Below are positions 10,311 to 20,116 of a stretch of 64,000 nucleotides of DNA, piece by piece; position 1 is the first letter of the stretch; each line of letters opens with the position of its first letter. The notes beneath the pieces were generated by a model that did not search any database, had not been told where the DNA came from, and worked only from the letters and a program-made list of their open reading frames with translations. A program made the position numbers and the translations under genes. Source of the DNA: Syntrophorhabdaceae bacterium (lineage in GTDB: Bacteria > Desulfobacterota > Syntrophorhabdia > Syntrophorhabdales > Syntrophorhabdaceae); contig OY762209.1 of NCBI GenBank assembly GCA_963665295.1, positions 2,240,001 to 2,304,000 of the forward strand, given 5' to 3'.

Positions 10311-11873
10311 ATGAAGAAAGCGACAATAGACATCAACTTCGACTTCCGGAAAGCCCTCGATCTCATGGAGAATTCGAAGAGTCATCTCTTCATTACCGGG
10401 AAGGCGGGCACGGGGAAATCGACGCTTCTCGACCATTTCAGGAATACAACCCGCAAGGAAGTGGCCGTACTCGCACCTACGGGCGTGGCAGCCCTCAATG
10501 TCCAGGGTCAGACCATACACTCCTTTTTCGGATTCAAGCCGAGCATTACTCCCGAGAAGGTGAAAAAGGTTTCCGGGGTGGAGGGAGAGATCTTCAAAAA
10601 GTTCGATACTATCATCATTGACGAAGTATCCATGGTCAGGGCGGACCTCCTCGACTGCATCGAAAAGTTTCTGCGTCTGAACGGTCCCTACGGGAAGCAA
10701 TGGTTCGGAGGGGTCCAGATGGTATTCATCGGAGACCTGTACCAGCTTCCGCCCGTGGTGACCTCCTCGGAGAAGGAGATATTCACTCACCGTTACGAGA
10801 CGCCTTATTTTTTCTCCGCCAGGGTTTTCGAGGAGGAGAGCTTTGACATGGAGTTTATCGAGTTGGAGAAGGTATACCGCCAGACCGAGCCGGAATTCAT
10901 TGCCCTTCTGAATGGCATCCGGAACAGGTCCTGCACGGACGGGGACCTGGCGAGGCTGAATCAACGCCACGTGCCCGGCTTTGTCCCCCCTGACGATGCC
11001 TTTTACGTGACCCTCACAAGCACCAACGACCTTGCGGCAGCGCGAAACCTGGAACGCCTCGATTCCCTTCCCGGGAGCCTCGTGCAGTATGATTGTTCGG
11101 TGACGGGAGGGTTCGACAAGTCCTCCCTTCCTACGGAAGAGACGTTAAGGCTCAAGGCAGGTGCCCAGGTGATGCTCGTCAATAACGACAGGAACGGGCG
11201 ATGGGTGAACGGGACCATAGGCAGGATTGCGGATATAGAGAGAAAGAAGGGCGAGGACGACGTGGTGTGGGTAAGTCTTCCCGGCGGGGACGCAATAGAG
11301 GTAACCCCCTACACGTGGGAACTCTTCGAGTACGAATATGACCGGAAGACGAAACATATATCGACGAGGAAGACCGGTTCCTTTACCCAGTATCCCATCC
11401 GCCTGGCCTGGGCGGTCACCATCCACAAGAGCCAGGGCAAGACATTCGACAGGGTTGTCATCGACATAGGCCGCGGCGCCTTTGCCCACGGTCAGGTCTA
11501 CGTGGCCATGAGCCGCTGCACGAGCTTCGAGGGTATTACCCTTGTCAAAGAGATCACGAAGTCCCACATACGCATGGACTGGAGGGTGTCCCGGTTTCTC
11601 ACGCGTTTCCAGTACAGGAAGGCCGACGAGAAGGTAAGTTGCGAGGAGAGGCGGAGGATCATCGAAGACGCGATGAAACGGGGGATGGATCTTGAAATAC
11701 TTTATCTCAAGCCGGACGACACAAAATCCCGCCGCACTATCCGCCCCATCTCCATAGAACAGATGGAATTCAAAGGCAAGACTTTCGAGGGTCTCCGGGC
11801 TTACTGCCTTTTGAGAAAGGGGGAAAGGGCCTTCAGGATCGACAGAATCCTGGAGCTGACCTACACGCTTTGA
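10311..11873 (+). CDS. PIF1-family SF1B helicase with C-terminal WYL domain
   Basis: GKAGTGKS, DEVSM, GDLYQLPPV, LAWAVTIHKSQG, YVAMSR; C-terminal Y...RRTIRP...AYCLLRKGERAFRIDRI. Confidence 0.88.
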   Translation: MKKATIDINFDFRKALDLMENSKSHLFITGKAGTGKSTLLDHFRNTTRKEVAVLAPTGVAALNVQGQTIHSFFGFKPSITPEKVKKVSGVEGEIFKKFDTIIIDEVSMVRADLLDCIEKFLRLNGPYGKQWFGGVQMVFIGDLYQLPPVVTSSEKEIFTHRYETPYFFSARVFEEESFDMEFIELEKVYRQTEPEFIALLNGIRNRSCTDGDLARLNQRHVPGFVPPDDAFYVTLTSTNDLAAARNLERLDSLPGSLVQYDCSVTGGFDKSSLPTEETLRLKAGAQVMLVNNDRNGRWVNGTIGRIADIERKKGEDDVVWVSLPGGDAIEVTPYTWELFEYEYDRKTKHISTRKTGSFTQYPIRLAWAVTIHKSQGKTFDRVVIDIGRGAFAHGQVYVAMSRCTSFEGITLVKEITKSHIRMDWRVSRFLTRFQYRKADEKVSCEERRRIIEDAMKRGMDLEILYLKPDDTKSRRTIRPISIEQMEFKGKTFEGLRAYCLLRKGERAFRIDRILELTYTL

Positions 11874-12262
11874 CCCCGACGAAACAACTAATCAAAAGAA
11901 CGAACGATACCGGGAGACTTGCTCCAGGTTGGCCCCTGATCCAACTGGTCCTTATTTCCGGCATCCACTGATTAAGATATTCTGATTGTGCCGGGCGGAG
12001 TAGGCGGGGGCATTGAGCGAGGGCTTCAGATGTGCCCGGCTGTGAAGGGGTGTGGACCGGAACCGTACTAATGTACGGAGGAGGGCTCGCCCCTTTGCAG
12101 AGGGGTGCATATGGAGTTCTCGTTTAATACCCCCGCCTATCCACCAAAACAGCCTTCTTTTTTCCCATTCCCAACAAACACGGCAAACACCAGGGACTCG
12201 CGCTGCCCGGGGAATATATCCGGTCTGGACAAAGGACCTCCTTCTGTATTTAAATATCCCTT

Positions 12263-14281
12263 TTGACGAAGCCGCAGGTTACACTGGAGGGAAGATTGAC
12301 TACGGAGAAAAGTTATACGGCGGAGGACCTTAAGACCCAGCTCAATGCTTCACAGTTCAGGGCGGTCACTGCCACGGAAGGGCCGGTCCTTGTTATCGCA
12401 GGTGCGGGGAGCGGGAAGACAAGGGTTATCGAGTACAGGTCGCTCTATCTCGTGAGGAAGGGTGTTGAGCCGGAATCGATCCTGCTCCTCACGTTCACCC
12501 GGCGGAGCGCCCATGAGATGATCGAGAGGGCGTCGCGGAACGACGGGCGGTGTGCAAAGATAGACGGCGGCACATTCCATTCTTTTGCGAGCAAGGTTCT
12601 GAGAAGATACAGCACGAACCTCGGCCTCGCAGCCTCGTTCACCATATACGACGAAGGCGATGCGGAGGAGGCGATCCGGCGCTGCTGCAACAAGATGGGA
12701 TATGACCAGGACAAGGAGTTTCCCAAGAAGAACGAGCTTAAGAATGTGTTCAGCCTTTGTATCAACAAGGGGCTGAACGTTGACGACGCGGTCTCGACGG
12801 CATACCAGGACTACGAGGACAGGCTCGACGAGATCAAGACCGTGCAAAAGGAATACGCCCTCTATAAGCGCAAGAACAACTGCGTCGACTACGACGATCT
12901 GCTCGTCTATCTCAAGGTCATCCTTGAAATAGACGAGGTGCGGGAGAGGCTTTCCTCACAATACCGGTACATTATGGTTGACGAATATCAGGACACCAAC
13001 GGCGTCCAGGCCGACATCGTCCGCCTTCTCGCAAAGAAACACGGGAATATCATGGTGGTGGGAGACGACGCGCAGAGCATCTACGGCTTCAGGGGCGCCA
13101 ACCACCTGAATATCCTCGATTTTCCCCGGAAGTTCACGGGTTGCGAGGTAATCAAGCTGGAGGAGAATTACCGTTCCAACCAGCCCATCCTCGACGTGGG
13201 AAACGCAGTCCTTACCAACATGCGTCACAAATTCGACAAACGTCTTGTATCGAGGACGGGGGCTACCGCCGAAAAGCCGACCTTGAGGCGCTTCGACGAT
13301 ATGTACGACGAAGCGGGGTGGGTCGTGGCGAAGGTTCAGGGCTTAAGGGCCGAGGGCATAGAGATGAGAGAGATGGCCGTACTCTTCAGGACCGCCTTTA
13401 CATCCATGCCCCTCCAGGCGGAGCTGATAAAGCGGGGGATAAGATTCAAACTCTTCGGGGGACGGAAATTTTACGAGACGGCCCATGTCCGCGACGTGGT
13501 CTCCTATCTCAGGATCGTGGCGAACCCTACGGACGAACTTGCGTGGCAGAGGGTTCTGCTGCTCCTTCCCGGTATCGGCGTGAGGACCGTGGAAAGGCTC
13601 CTCGGGTTGATCGTCCACTACGACACCCTGTCCGCCATTATCGACAAAGTCTTTGCCCCTTTCTCGTCGGGTCAGAAATCTTCCGACGTTTTTGCCTCCC
13701 TGAAGACGCTCCTCCACTCCATCTCGGGCCCGTCGCTAACGCCCGCCCGGCAGCTCGCGGAGGTCATGACCCATTACGGTCCCATCATGAAGGTAAAGTA
13801 CAAAAAGGACTCCACCAGGGTGAAGGAACTGACCATGCTTCAACACATGGCCGAGAGGTACAAGACCCTGAGGGACTTTCTTGCGGATGTGGCAGTTGAT
13901 CCGGACAAGGACTCGAAAGACGGCGACCTCGAATACCTTACCCTCTCCACCGTCCATTCCGCAAAAGGGCTTGAGTGGGGAAGGGTCTTTTTGATCGGTC
14001 TCGCGGACGGTGTGTTCCCCTCGAACCGGGCCCTTATTGATGGCGATGAGAGCGACGTCGAAGAAGAGAAGAGGCTTTTCTATGTGGCGGTTACAAGGGC
14101 AAAGGACGAGCTTTGTTTCAGTTTCTCACGAAAGACAGGGACGAGCGAGAGGTCGACGAGCAAGGCCTCGAGGTTTCTTGACCCGGACAATGTAAGAGAG
14201 ACCGTGGAATTCAGGCCGGTGAAGACGGCCATCGAGCCCCGGCCCCGCCGATCGGGATATTCGCGATACGGGGGACGGTGA
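12263..14281 (+). CDS. UvrD/PcrA/Rep-family SF1A helicase
   Basis: AGAGSGKT, DEYQD, VGDDAQSIYGFRGA, NYRS, TVHSAKGLEW, YVAVTRA. Confidence 0.93.
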   Translation: MTKPQVTLEGRLTTEKSYTAEDLKTQLNASQFRAVTATEGPVLVIAGAGSGKTRVIEYRSLYLVRKGVEPESILLLTFTRRSAHEMIERASRNDGRCAKIDGGTFHSFASKVLRRYSTNLGLAASFTIYDEGDAEEAIRRCCNKMGYDQDKEFPKKNELKNVFSLCINKGLNVDDAVSTAYQDYEDRLDEIKTVQKEYALYKRKNNCVDYDDLLVYLKVILEIDEVRERLSSQYRYIMVDEYQDTNGVQADIVRLLAKKHGNIMVVGDDAQSIYGFRGANHLNILDFPRKFTGCEVIKLEENYRSNQPILDVGNAVLTNMRHKFDKRLVSRTGATAEKPTLRRFDDMYDEAGWVVAKVQGLRAEGIEMREMAVLFRTAFTSMPLQAELIKRGIRFKLFGGRKFYETAHVRDVVSYLRIVANPTDELAWQRVLLLLPGIGVRTVERLLGLIVHYDTLSAIIDKVFAPFSSGQKSSDVFASLKTLLHSISGPSLTPARQLAEVMTHYGPIMKVKYKKDSTRVKELTMLQHMAERYKTLRDFLADVAVDPDKDSKDGDLEYLTLSTVHSAKGLEWGRVFLIGLADGVFPSNRALIDGDESDVEEEKRLFYVAVTRAKDELCFSFSRKTGTSERSTSKASRFLDPDNVRETVEFRPVKTAIEPRPRRSGYSRYGGR

Positions 14282-14375
14282 GAGACCCGGTTTCTTGGGG
14301 GGCGCTATTCCGCATCCCTCGACAGGTCGGGTTCGGGGGCTTGATTTACGTCGGGGATGTGTTATACATAGGAAT

Positions 14376-14594
14376 ATGAAGAAAGAACCCCCGGAATATG
14401 AAAATGCCCCCCATGAGTCCCCATCCGGCGGCCCCGCCGCTCGGGACAGGGGAGTTGCCGGGCGCCTTACCGTAACCACCGCCATAAGGGCCGCTACGGC
14501 TATCATTGTCTTCGGTGTTCCTCTTGTGGTGGGTACCGCCACAGTGGTTGGTTGCGGAATTTATAAGGCTTACAAACGGCTTACGAGGTCATAA
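14376..14594 (+). CDS. Small hypothetical membrane protein
   Basis: Short ORF with a hydrophobic C-terminal helix; start uncertain. Confidence 0.4.
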   Translation: MKKEPPEYENAPHESPSGGPAARDRGVAGRLTVTTAIRAATAIIVFGVPLVVGTATVVGCGIYKAYKRLTRS

Positions 14595-14606
14595 AGCGGG
14601 TCGTAG

Positions 14607-15602
14607 TCAGACGGCCACGTCCATTCTCTGGGTCGTTCCCGCGGACCCGTCTTCCCTGAGATAAAGGCTGGTCTCCATTATCTTCGCTTCCGTCTGGTTT
14701 TGCGCGTTCTTCAGTTCGAAGGGAGTACTGGCTGTGCCCGTGTAAAGCGCCCCGATGTCGAGGTCCTTAAGCGTCCGGAGTGTCTCGGTTTCAGTCCCTT
14801 TCGTCCAGACACCGAGACGGGAATACACGGAGTCGCCTTCATCGATCCACCCGTTATGGTCTTCGTCATAGGCGGCAAGCTCCCCATACCCGTTGCCCGT
14901 GGCCGGTCCGAAAAGCTCCGAGCCATTGTCTATGGTCCCGTTGCCGTTCTTGTCGAGGGCCAGGAAACCGTTCTGGCCTCCAAGGAGGGGCACGTCCTCT
15001 TCGGTTCCGTCCACGTCGATGTCGAACTTCATCTTCTGTCCTGAAAGGGTGGCTGGACCTGCCCCGAGGTTGACGACAAGGGGGTCCTTCAGCGCGTCTC
15101 CTGCCCTGATGTCCGTGTTCTCCGTCCGGGTGAACGACCGGTCCATCTCAAGGGAAAGGGAAAGGGCGTAATCCTTCCCGTTTGCGGTAACCACGCCGTT
15201 CGCCTCGAAAGAAGTCTGTTCGGTTTCCACATAGGTCTCGGTGGACGTATAGGTGAGACCCCATCCTTGCGTCCCGCCGCGGTTTCCCGTTGTCTCCGAC
15301 GGAACCTGGGACGCCGTCCCGCCGGCCCCGGAAGACACCGCCTTACCGGAAAGGATTTTGATCTCGTGTCCCGTGAGACTGGCTACGAGCCGGGCAAGAA
15401 TCAGCCATTTACCGCTGAGAGTAAGCTCGTCGTCTTCCCCGGAATCCTTTGAAGCGGACCGTTCATAACTCGTAACAGCCGAGTTGACCCGGGAACTCAG
15501 GGAAGCCCTGTTGTCCCATACGGTGAGCTTCTCGGTCTTCTTGCGACTTGCCGTAAGCGCATGAGTTGCTGATAATGATATATTGGATGATTCAACCCTC
15601 AT
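14607..15602 (-). CDS. Conserved hypothetical protein with DPLVxNL motif and Ca-binding-like DxNxNGxID repeats
   Basis: DPLVVNL, LALDKNGNGTIDNGSELFG, YDEDHNGWIDEGD. Confidence 0.75.
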   Translation of the reverse strand: MRVESSNISLSATHALTASRKKTEKLTVWDNRASLSSRVNSAVTSYERSASKDSGEDDELTLSGKWLILARLVASLTGHEIKILSGKAVSSGAGGTASQVPSETTGNRGGTQGWGLTYTSTETYVETEQTSFEANGVVTANGKDYALSLSLEMDRSFTRTENTDIRAGDALKDPLVVNLGAGPATLSGQKMKFDIDVDGTEEDVPLLGGQNGFLALDKNGNGTIDNGSELFGPATGNGYGELAAYDEDHNGWIDEGDSVYSRLGVWTKGTETETLRTLKDLDIGALYTGTASTPFELKNAQNQTEAKIMETSLYLREDGSAGTTQRMDVAV

Positions 15603-15609
15603 AGGAGGT

Positions 15610-15636
15610 TTATCGGTAAAAGGGCGGAAAACTTAA
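15610..15636 (-). promoter_or_regulatory. Putative sigma28 (FliA) promoter
   Basis: Minus strand TTAAGTTT-N11-ACCGATAA versus consensus TAAAGTTT-N11-GCCGATAA. Confidence 0.6.
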
Positions 15637-15746
15637 ATATTTTTTTTATCATCCTGTCTCGCTCGTAGGATTCAACCTGTTCGTACCATGAGGATTGATA
15701 TTGTCAACTTCACCAGTTTCCCGTCATCTGCCGATATGTACGCTAT

Positions 15747-16328
15747 TTAGGCGCCCGGTATAACCTTCGCAATATCCCTGCTCAACGCTGCCAGGATTTT
15801 GCTGTATGCCTGAACCAGCGCCCTGTAATCCGACCCTTGAACCGGTTCGGTGTAACGCGACCTGGTGGAGGCGACTACTTTCTTGTCCTTGTCCGTGACC
15901 GTCCACCAGGCATCGATGAATGCTTTCTCTCCGGGGTTTCCCGTCATGGCAATGATCTGTATGCGGACGCGGTAGTCGGGAGGCTCATGCCCGGTCCATG
16001 GAAACTGGTATGCCCCTCTCGTGCAGACCAACTTGGAAAGGTTCTCGGTAATGACTTGAGAAAAATTGCCCGGCAGAGGTTCGGCCCACTGGTCGAAACC
16101 GGCGTAGTTGATCTCGTTTTCCGATGAGGCGGTCACGATCTGGGACCTCATAAGATAGTGGGGCACTTCTATGGGACCCACGCCGATTGTGGCGCAGCGT
16201 TCATTCGTCCTTGCAGGCATTTCCGGGATGGAGCTCAGCACGTAGAACCTTGTGGCAGGGGAACTCGCGCAACCCGCGATCATGAGGAGCATCACAGCAA
16301 AGGCTGTCGCAGAGAGGAAGTTTTTCAT
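15747..16328 (-). CDS. PqiC-family ABC auxiliary lipoprotein
   Basis: Lipobox IAGC, TRFYVL, P.YL.R.QIV, WAEPL; lies downstream of mlaD. Confidence 0.85.
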   Translation of the reverse strand: MKNFLSATAFAVMLLMIAGCASSPATRFYVLSSIPEMPARTNERCATIGVGPIEVPHYLMRSQIVTASSENEINYAGFDQWAEPLPGNFSQVITENLSKLVCTRGAYQFPWTGHEPPDYRVRIQIIAMTGNPGEKAFIDAWWTVTDKDKKVVASTRSRYTEPVQGSDYRALVQAYSKILAALSRDIAKVIPGA

Positions 16329-17326
16329 TTTGACGCCTCCTTGTTACTTTTCTTTCCGTAGATGAGCATCTCAGGATGCTGGTCGAGGGAATCCGCGAGG
16401 GACCTCACCGATCGCGCCGCCGCCTCAAATTCCTCCAGGGCCTTGATCAGCCGGTACCCCATAGGCGAATCTCCTGCCATGATGCCCTCTGCGTTAGCCA
16501 TTACCGCGTGGGAACTCGTGAGGGCGATTCCCGCCGCGTCCGAGGCCTTGGTGACACTGGCGATAAGGGGCCCGATGTCGCTTTCTATGCGGGATGCCAG
16601 CTTCTTGAATTCCTGGGCGGTCTCGGTAATGTTTGTCCCTGCGGGCCCTACGTGCCGGTCGACATTTCTCACAAGAGCCCTCGCCTCGTCGACCCCGTCT
16701 CTGACGGACCGCAACATGGCAACTGTTTCCGGTGAACTTGCAATCTTCGCGATGGCCGACACCGCGTCCTGGACCTTATTAAGGATGTCCTCTATGGGGA
16801 TCTTTTCGAGCTTCCGCGTCAATTCCTGGATGGGAGTCGGTATGGTGGGGATCTCTTTATATTGTTTCTCTATTCCCGCGAATACCGCCGGCTTGTCCGG
16901 GTGGAAATCGAGAGTTATCATCAACTGGCCCGTAACGATGCTCTGCATTGCCAACTGGCCCCGGAGGCCCTTCTCCACCAACTTTTGAGTAAGACCCGCC
17001 TGTTTCCCGAGGTCCGTTACCGTGCGGCCTTCTACTTCGATTTCCGCCTGTCCCAGTTCCACGATTACAGGAATGTTGGCGGACAGGTCCTTGGGATTGA
17101 AGCTCAGCCTGATCTCCTTCACCTCTCCTATCCTCACGCCCCGGAAGACTACGGGAGAGCCCACGGAGAGGCCCGCCACCGAGCCTTTGAAGAACATGAC
17201 ATATGTGGGCCGGTTCTTGAAAAACTTTCCTGAACCGAGTATGAGGACCGCTGCCACGAGAAGGGCCACGGCGCTTGTCATGAAGATACCTATGACCGTC
17301 TTGTTTGTTTGTGCGCTCATGAGCAT
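16325..17326 (-). CDS. MlaD/MCE domain protein
   Basis: SVAGLSVGSPVVFRGVRIGEV MCE motif, N-terminal TM, helical tail. Confidence 0.9.
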   Translation of the reverse strand: MLMSAQTNKTVIGIFMTSAVALLVAAVLILGSGKFFKNRPTYVMFFKGSVAGLSVGSPVVFRGVRIGEVKEIRLSFNPKDLSANIPVIVELGQAEIEVEGRTVTDLGKQAGLTQKLVEKGLRGQLAMQSIVTGQLMITLDFHPDKPAVFAGIEKQYKEIPTIPTPIQELTRKLEKIPIEDILNKVQDAVSAIAKIASSPETVAMLRSVRDGVDEARALVRNVDRHVGPAGTNITETAQEFKKLASRIESDIGPLIASVTKASDAAGIALTSSHAVMANAEGIMAGDSPMGYRLIKALEEFEAAARSVRSLADSLDQHPEMLIYGKKSNKEASK

Positions 17327-18105
17327 TCACCTTTTCGATTTATTGTGGGGTTATCGCCTCCCCCACGGGTGAGAAAGTTACGTACCTTCGGATCGGTGGA
17401 CTCGGCGAGGAGTCTTTTTGGATCTCCGTGGGCAGTCATGGTCCTCGACTCCACATCGAGGAACACGGAGTTGTTGCCGATGGCGAATATGCTTGCCAGC
17501 TCATGGGTCACGATGACCACCGTGGCCCCGAGGCTGTCCCGGAGTTCGAGTATAAGGTCATCGAGGAGCTTTGCGCTTACGGGATCGAGACCCGCCGAGG
17601 GCTCGTCGAAGAAGAGGATATCGGCGTCCAAGGCCATTGCCCGGGCCAGGCCCGCTCTCTTCTTCATGCCACCGCTTATCTCGGAGGGATAGAAATCCTC
17701 GAAACCCGCGAGACCAACGAGGGCCATCTTGAGGGAGACCATCTTCCTTATCCGGTGAGAATCAAGGTTCGTGTACAATTCGAGTGGAAGGGCCACGTTC
17801 TCCGCGAGGGTCATGGAACTCCACAGGGCGCCGCTCTGGTAAAGTATGCCGAAGCGCTTCATGAGTTCGCGACGCGCGGGCGGCTCAGCGCTCCAGAAGT
17901 CCACACCGTCGTAAAGGACCTGCCCCCTGGAAGGTTCTTTCAGGCCCACCAGCAGTTTGAGCAAGGTGCTTTTGCCGCACCCGCTTCCCCCCATGATGAT
18001 AAATATATCCCCACGATTGATAGTAAAGTTGAGATCTCTCATGAGAATAAAGCTGCCGTAGCCCATATCGAGACCTTTCACTGTAATTACCGCTTTCTTA
18101 TCCAT
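17317..18105 (-). CDS. ABC ATPase, MlaF-like
   Basis: GGSGCGKS, ISGGMKKR, FFDEPSAGLDP. Confidence 0.92.
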   Translation of the reverse strand: MDKKAVITVKGLDMGYGSFILMRDLNFTINRGDIFIIMGGSGCGKSTLLKLLVGLKEPSRGQVLYDGVDFWSAEPPARRELMKRFGILYQSGALWSSMTLAENVALPLELYTNLDSHRIRKMVSLKMALVGLAGFEDFYPSEISGGMKKRAGLARAMALDADILFFDEPSAGLDPVSAKLLDDLILELRDSLGATVVIVTHELASIFAIGNNSVFLDVESRTMTAHGDPKRLLAESTDPKVRNFLTRGGGDNPTINRKGECS

Positions 18106-18112
18106 CTTTCCC

Positions 18113-19300
18113 TCAGAATCCGAGTATGTTGCACATGATCGTGATGATTGCCGTGGCGACTATGATGCTCACGATCCCGGTTACCACTGCCGAAGTGGCG
18201 GCATACCCCACAGCCGAGGCGCTCCGCTCGCACTGCATACCTCGTAAACAGCCGGAGAGAGCTACCAGGACCCCGAACACCGCGCCATGAAAGAGGCCTA
18301 TCCACAGATTGGTAAGGCTCAAGGCCCCCTTCGTCTGGTTGAGATAAACGATGGGGTTGAGATCGAGCATGGTGACGCCCACTATCATGCCCCCCAGGAT
18401 ACCCATGATATCCGCGTAGACACAGAGGAGGGGCATCATGATGGTAAGTGCCAGCATCCGGGGCAGGACGAGAAACTCCATGGGCGTGACGCCCAGGGTC
18501 TTCAAGGCGTCGATCTCCTCGTTTACCTGCATGGTCCCCAGTTGAGCCGCGTAGGCGGCGCCCGTACGGCCCGCCATGATAATCCCCGTCATAATGGCGC
18601 CCATTACCCTCACCATGGCGATACCCACAAGGTCCGCCACATATATCTGGGCGCCGAAGGCCTTGAGCTGTATGGCACCCACGAAGGCGAGGATCAGCCC
18701 TACGAGGAGACTGATCAGGGAGACTATGGGCAATGCCTGGGACCCGCTCTCCTGAAGGAAGAGTATGAGGTCGGACCACCGGAAAGTCGCTCTGCCTGTA
18801 AAGAGGCGAACCACGGAAACGCCCGCGTCGCCGAGGAAGTTCATCACCTCCGCGAGGCTGGTTCCAAGCTGCAAGGTTCCCCCGCCGATCCTGGACATGA
18901 GCGGTTCCTTTGTTGCGCCTTTCTTTGCGCCTGCCCTCTCGGGAACGGCGAGGGCGAGATTCAGGAGACGCCGCGCACCCTCAGGGAGACCGTCCAGTTC
19001 AAAGGCAATTCCTTTGGACATGCAATATTCCTTCACCCCGAGAAGGAAGGTGAGGAGACTGCTGTCCCAATCCGAAAGGGACGCGGTTTCGAAGGTTACC
19101 TTCGCGGCCGCTGGTCCCGCGGCCATCTGCCTTTCCGCCTCCTCGGAGGAAGGCGGGGAGAATTCCGTCTTCCAGGAGCCGGTCAGCCTTAAGACGAGAC
19201 CTCCCCCGGGGGGACTACTGAAGGTGAACCCAGGGGTCCCGCCTTTCACATCGTCTATTCTCTCTTCTCTGCTTGTCGGCACGTTGCCTCCCATCTCCAT
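18113..19300 (-). CDS. MlaE permease with N-terminal STAS-like domain
   Basis: AGRTGAAYAAQLGTMQVNEEIDAL motif. Confidence 0.92.
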   Translation of the reverse strand: MEMGGNVPTSREERIDDVKGGTPGFTFSSPPGGGLVLRLTGSWKTEFSPPSSEEAERQMAAGPAAAKVTFETASLSDWDSSLLTFLLGVKEYCMSKGIAFELDGLPEGARRLLNLALAVPERAGAKKGATKEPLMSRIGGGTLQLGTSLAEVMNFLGDAGVSVVRLFTGRATFRWSDLILFLQESGSQALPIVSLISLLVGLILAFVGAIQLKAFGAQIYVADLVGIAMVRVMGAIMTGIIMAGRTGAAYAAQLGTMQVNEEIDALKTLGVTPMEFLVLPRMLALTIMMPLLCVYADIMGILGGMIVGVTMLDLNPIVYLNQTKGALSLTNLWIGLFHGAVFGVLVALSGCLRGMQCERSASAVGYAATSAVVTGIVSIIVATAIITIMCNILGF

Positions 19301-19365
19301 GGTAACGCTGTCGGGGTATGCCCGGGTTCACCTTTTCACAACAAATATCTGAAGGCTTCTCTTCC

Positions 19366-20040
19366 TTATTGACCTTTCAAGTTATGAGCGTCATCCAGAA
19401 AGGCCTTTAGCCTTCCCGCCCAGAACTTGAAAGCCTCTTCAGCGGAACCCCACTTAGTGAACCTCTCGGTAAATCCTGCAGTCTTTTCATCAACCGCGAC
19501 GGCGACCACGTCATTAGTCATGGAGTCAAGACCCATGACCTCCGCGCTCGTGGCGCCCGAACCCGACCAGGAGCCGACTGCGCCCTTTTTCAGGATGCTG
19601 ATTGCGAGCCCCACGGGGACGACGGAAGTGACGCCGCTCAGTACGGGCCTGCTCTGCTTGATACCGGTTATGGCGAAACGGACTCGCGCTACATCCGGGC
19701 CGGGTTCAGCGACTATAGGATAGGCGTCTTTCAGGGTGTTTACGAGTTCCAGGTCGAACTTGTCCGCCATTTCTTTTAAAAACTGCGGGTCTATACCCTT
19801 GTACTCCGAATCGTCGGCAAAATAGAATATCACGCTGTCGAGCATGACCTTCTTATATTTGGAGAAATCCACGCCGGGCTTGAGCCAGCGCATCTTTGCT
19901 CCGCCTTCGGGTCCGGCCTTCAGGTTCTTGTAGTAGTCGCCGAGAAATCCGGAATAATTGGGATCAGCCGCAAAACCCCCGGAGATCATAAGGGCAAGCC
20001 CTATTACCACTGCCGATGCAATCTGTACTGTTCTTTTCAT
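19366..20040 (-). CDS. DUF3313-family exported protein
   Basis: Signal peptide, SGFLGDY, PGPDVARVRFAIT, DS.T..VVAVAVD. Confidence 0.75.
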   Translation of the reverse strand: MKRTVQIASAVVIGLALMISGGFAADPNYSGFLGDYYKNLKAGPEGGAKMRWLKPGVDFSKYKKVMLDSVIFYFADDSEYKGIDPQFLKEMADKFDLELVNTLKDAYPIVAEPGPDVARVRFAITGIKQSRPVLSGVTSVVPVGLAISILKKGAVGSWSGSGATSAEVMGLDSMTNDVVAVAVDEKTAGFTERFTKWGSAEEAFKFWAGRLKAFLDDAHNLKGQ

Positions 20041-20116
20041 ACATCCTCCTTTTATTTTGCCTGTTACTTACTCCCTCTGCCCTTCAGTTTATGGCCGGAC
20101 AGATAGCCATGTCTTT

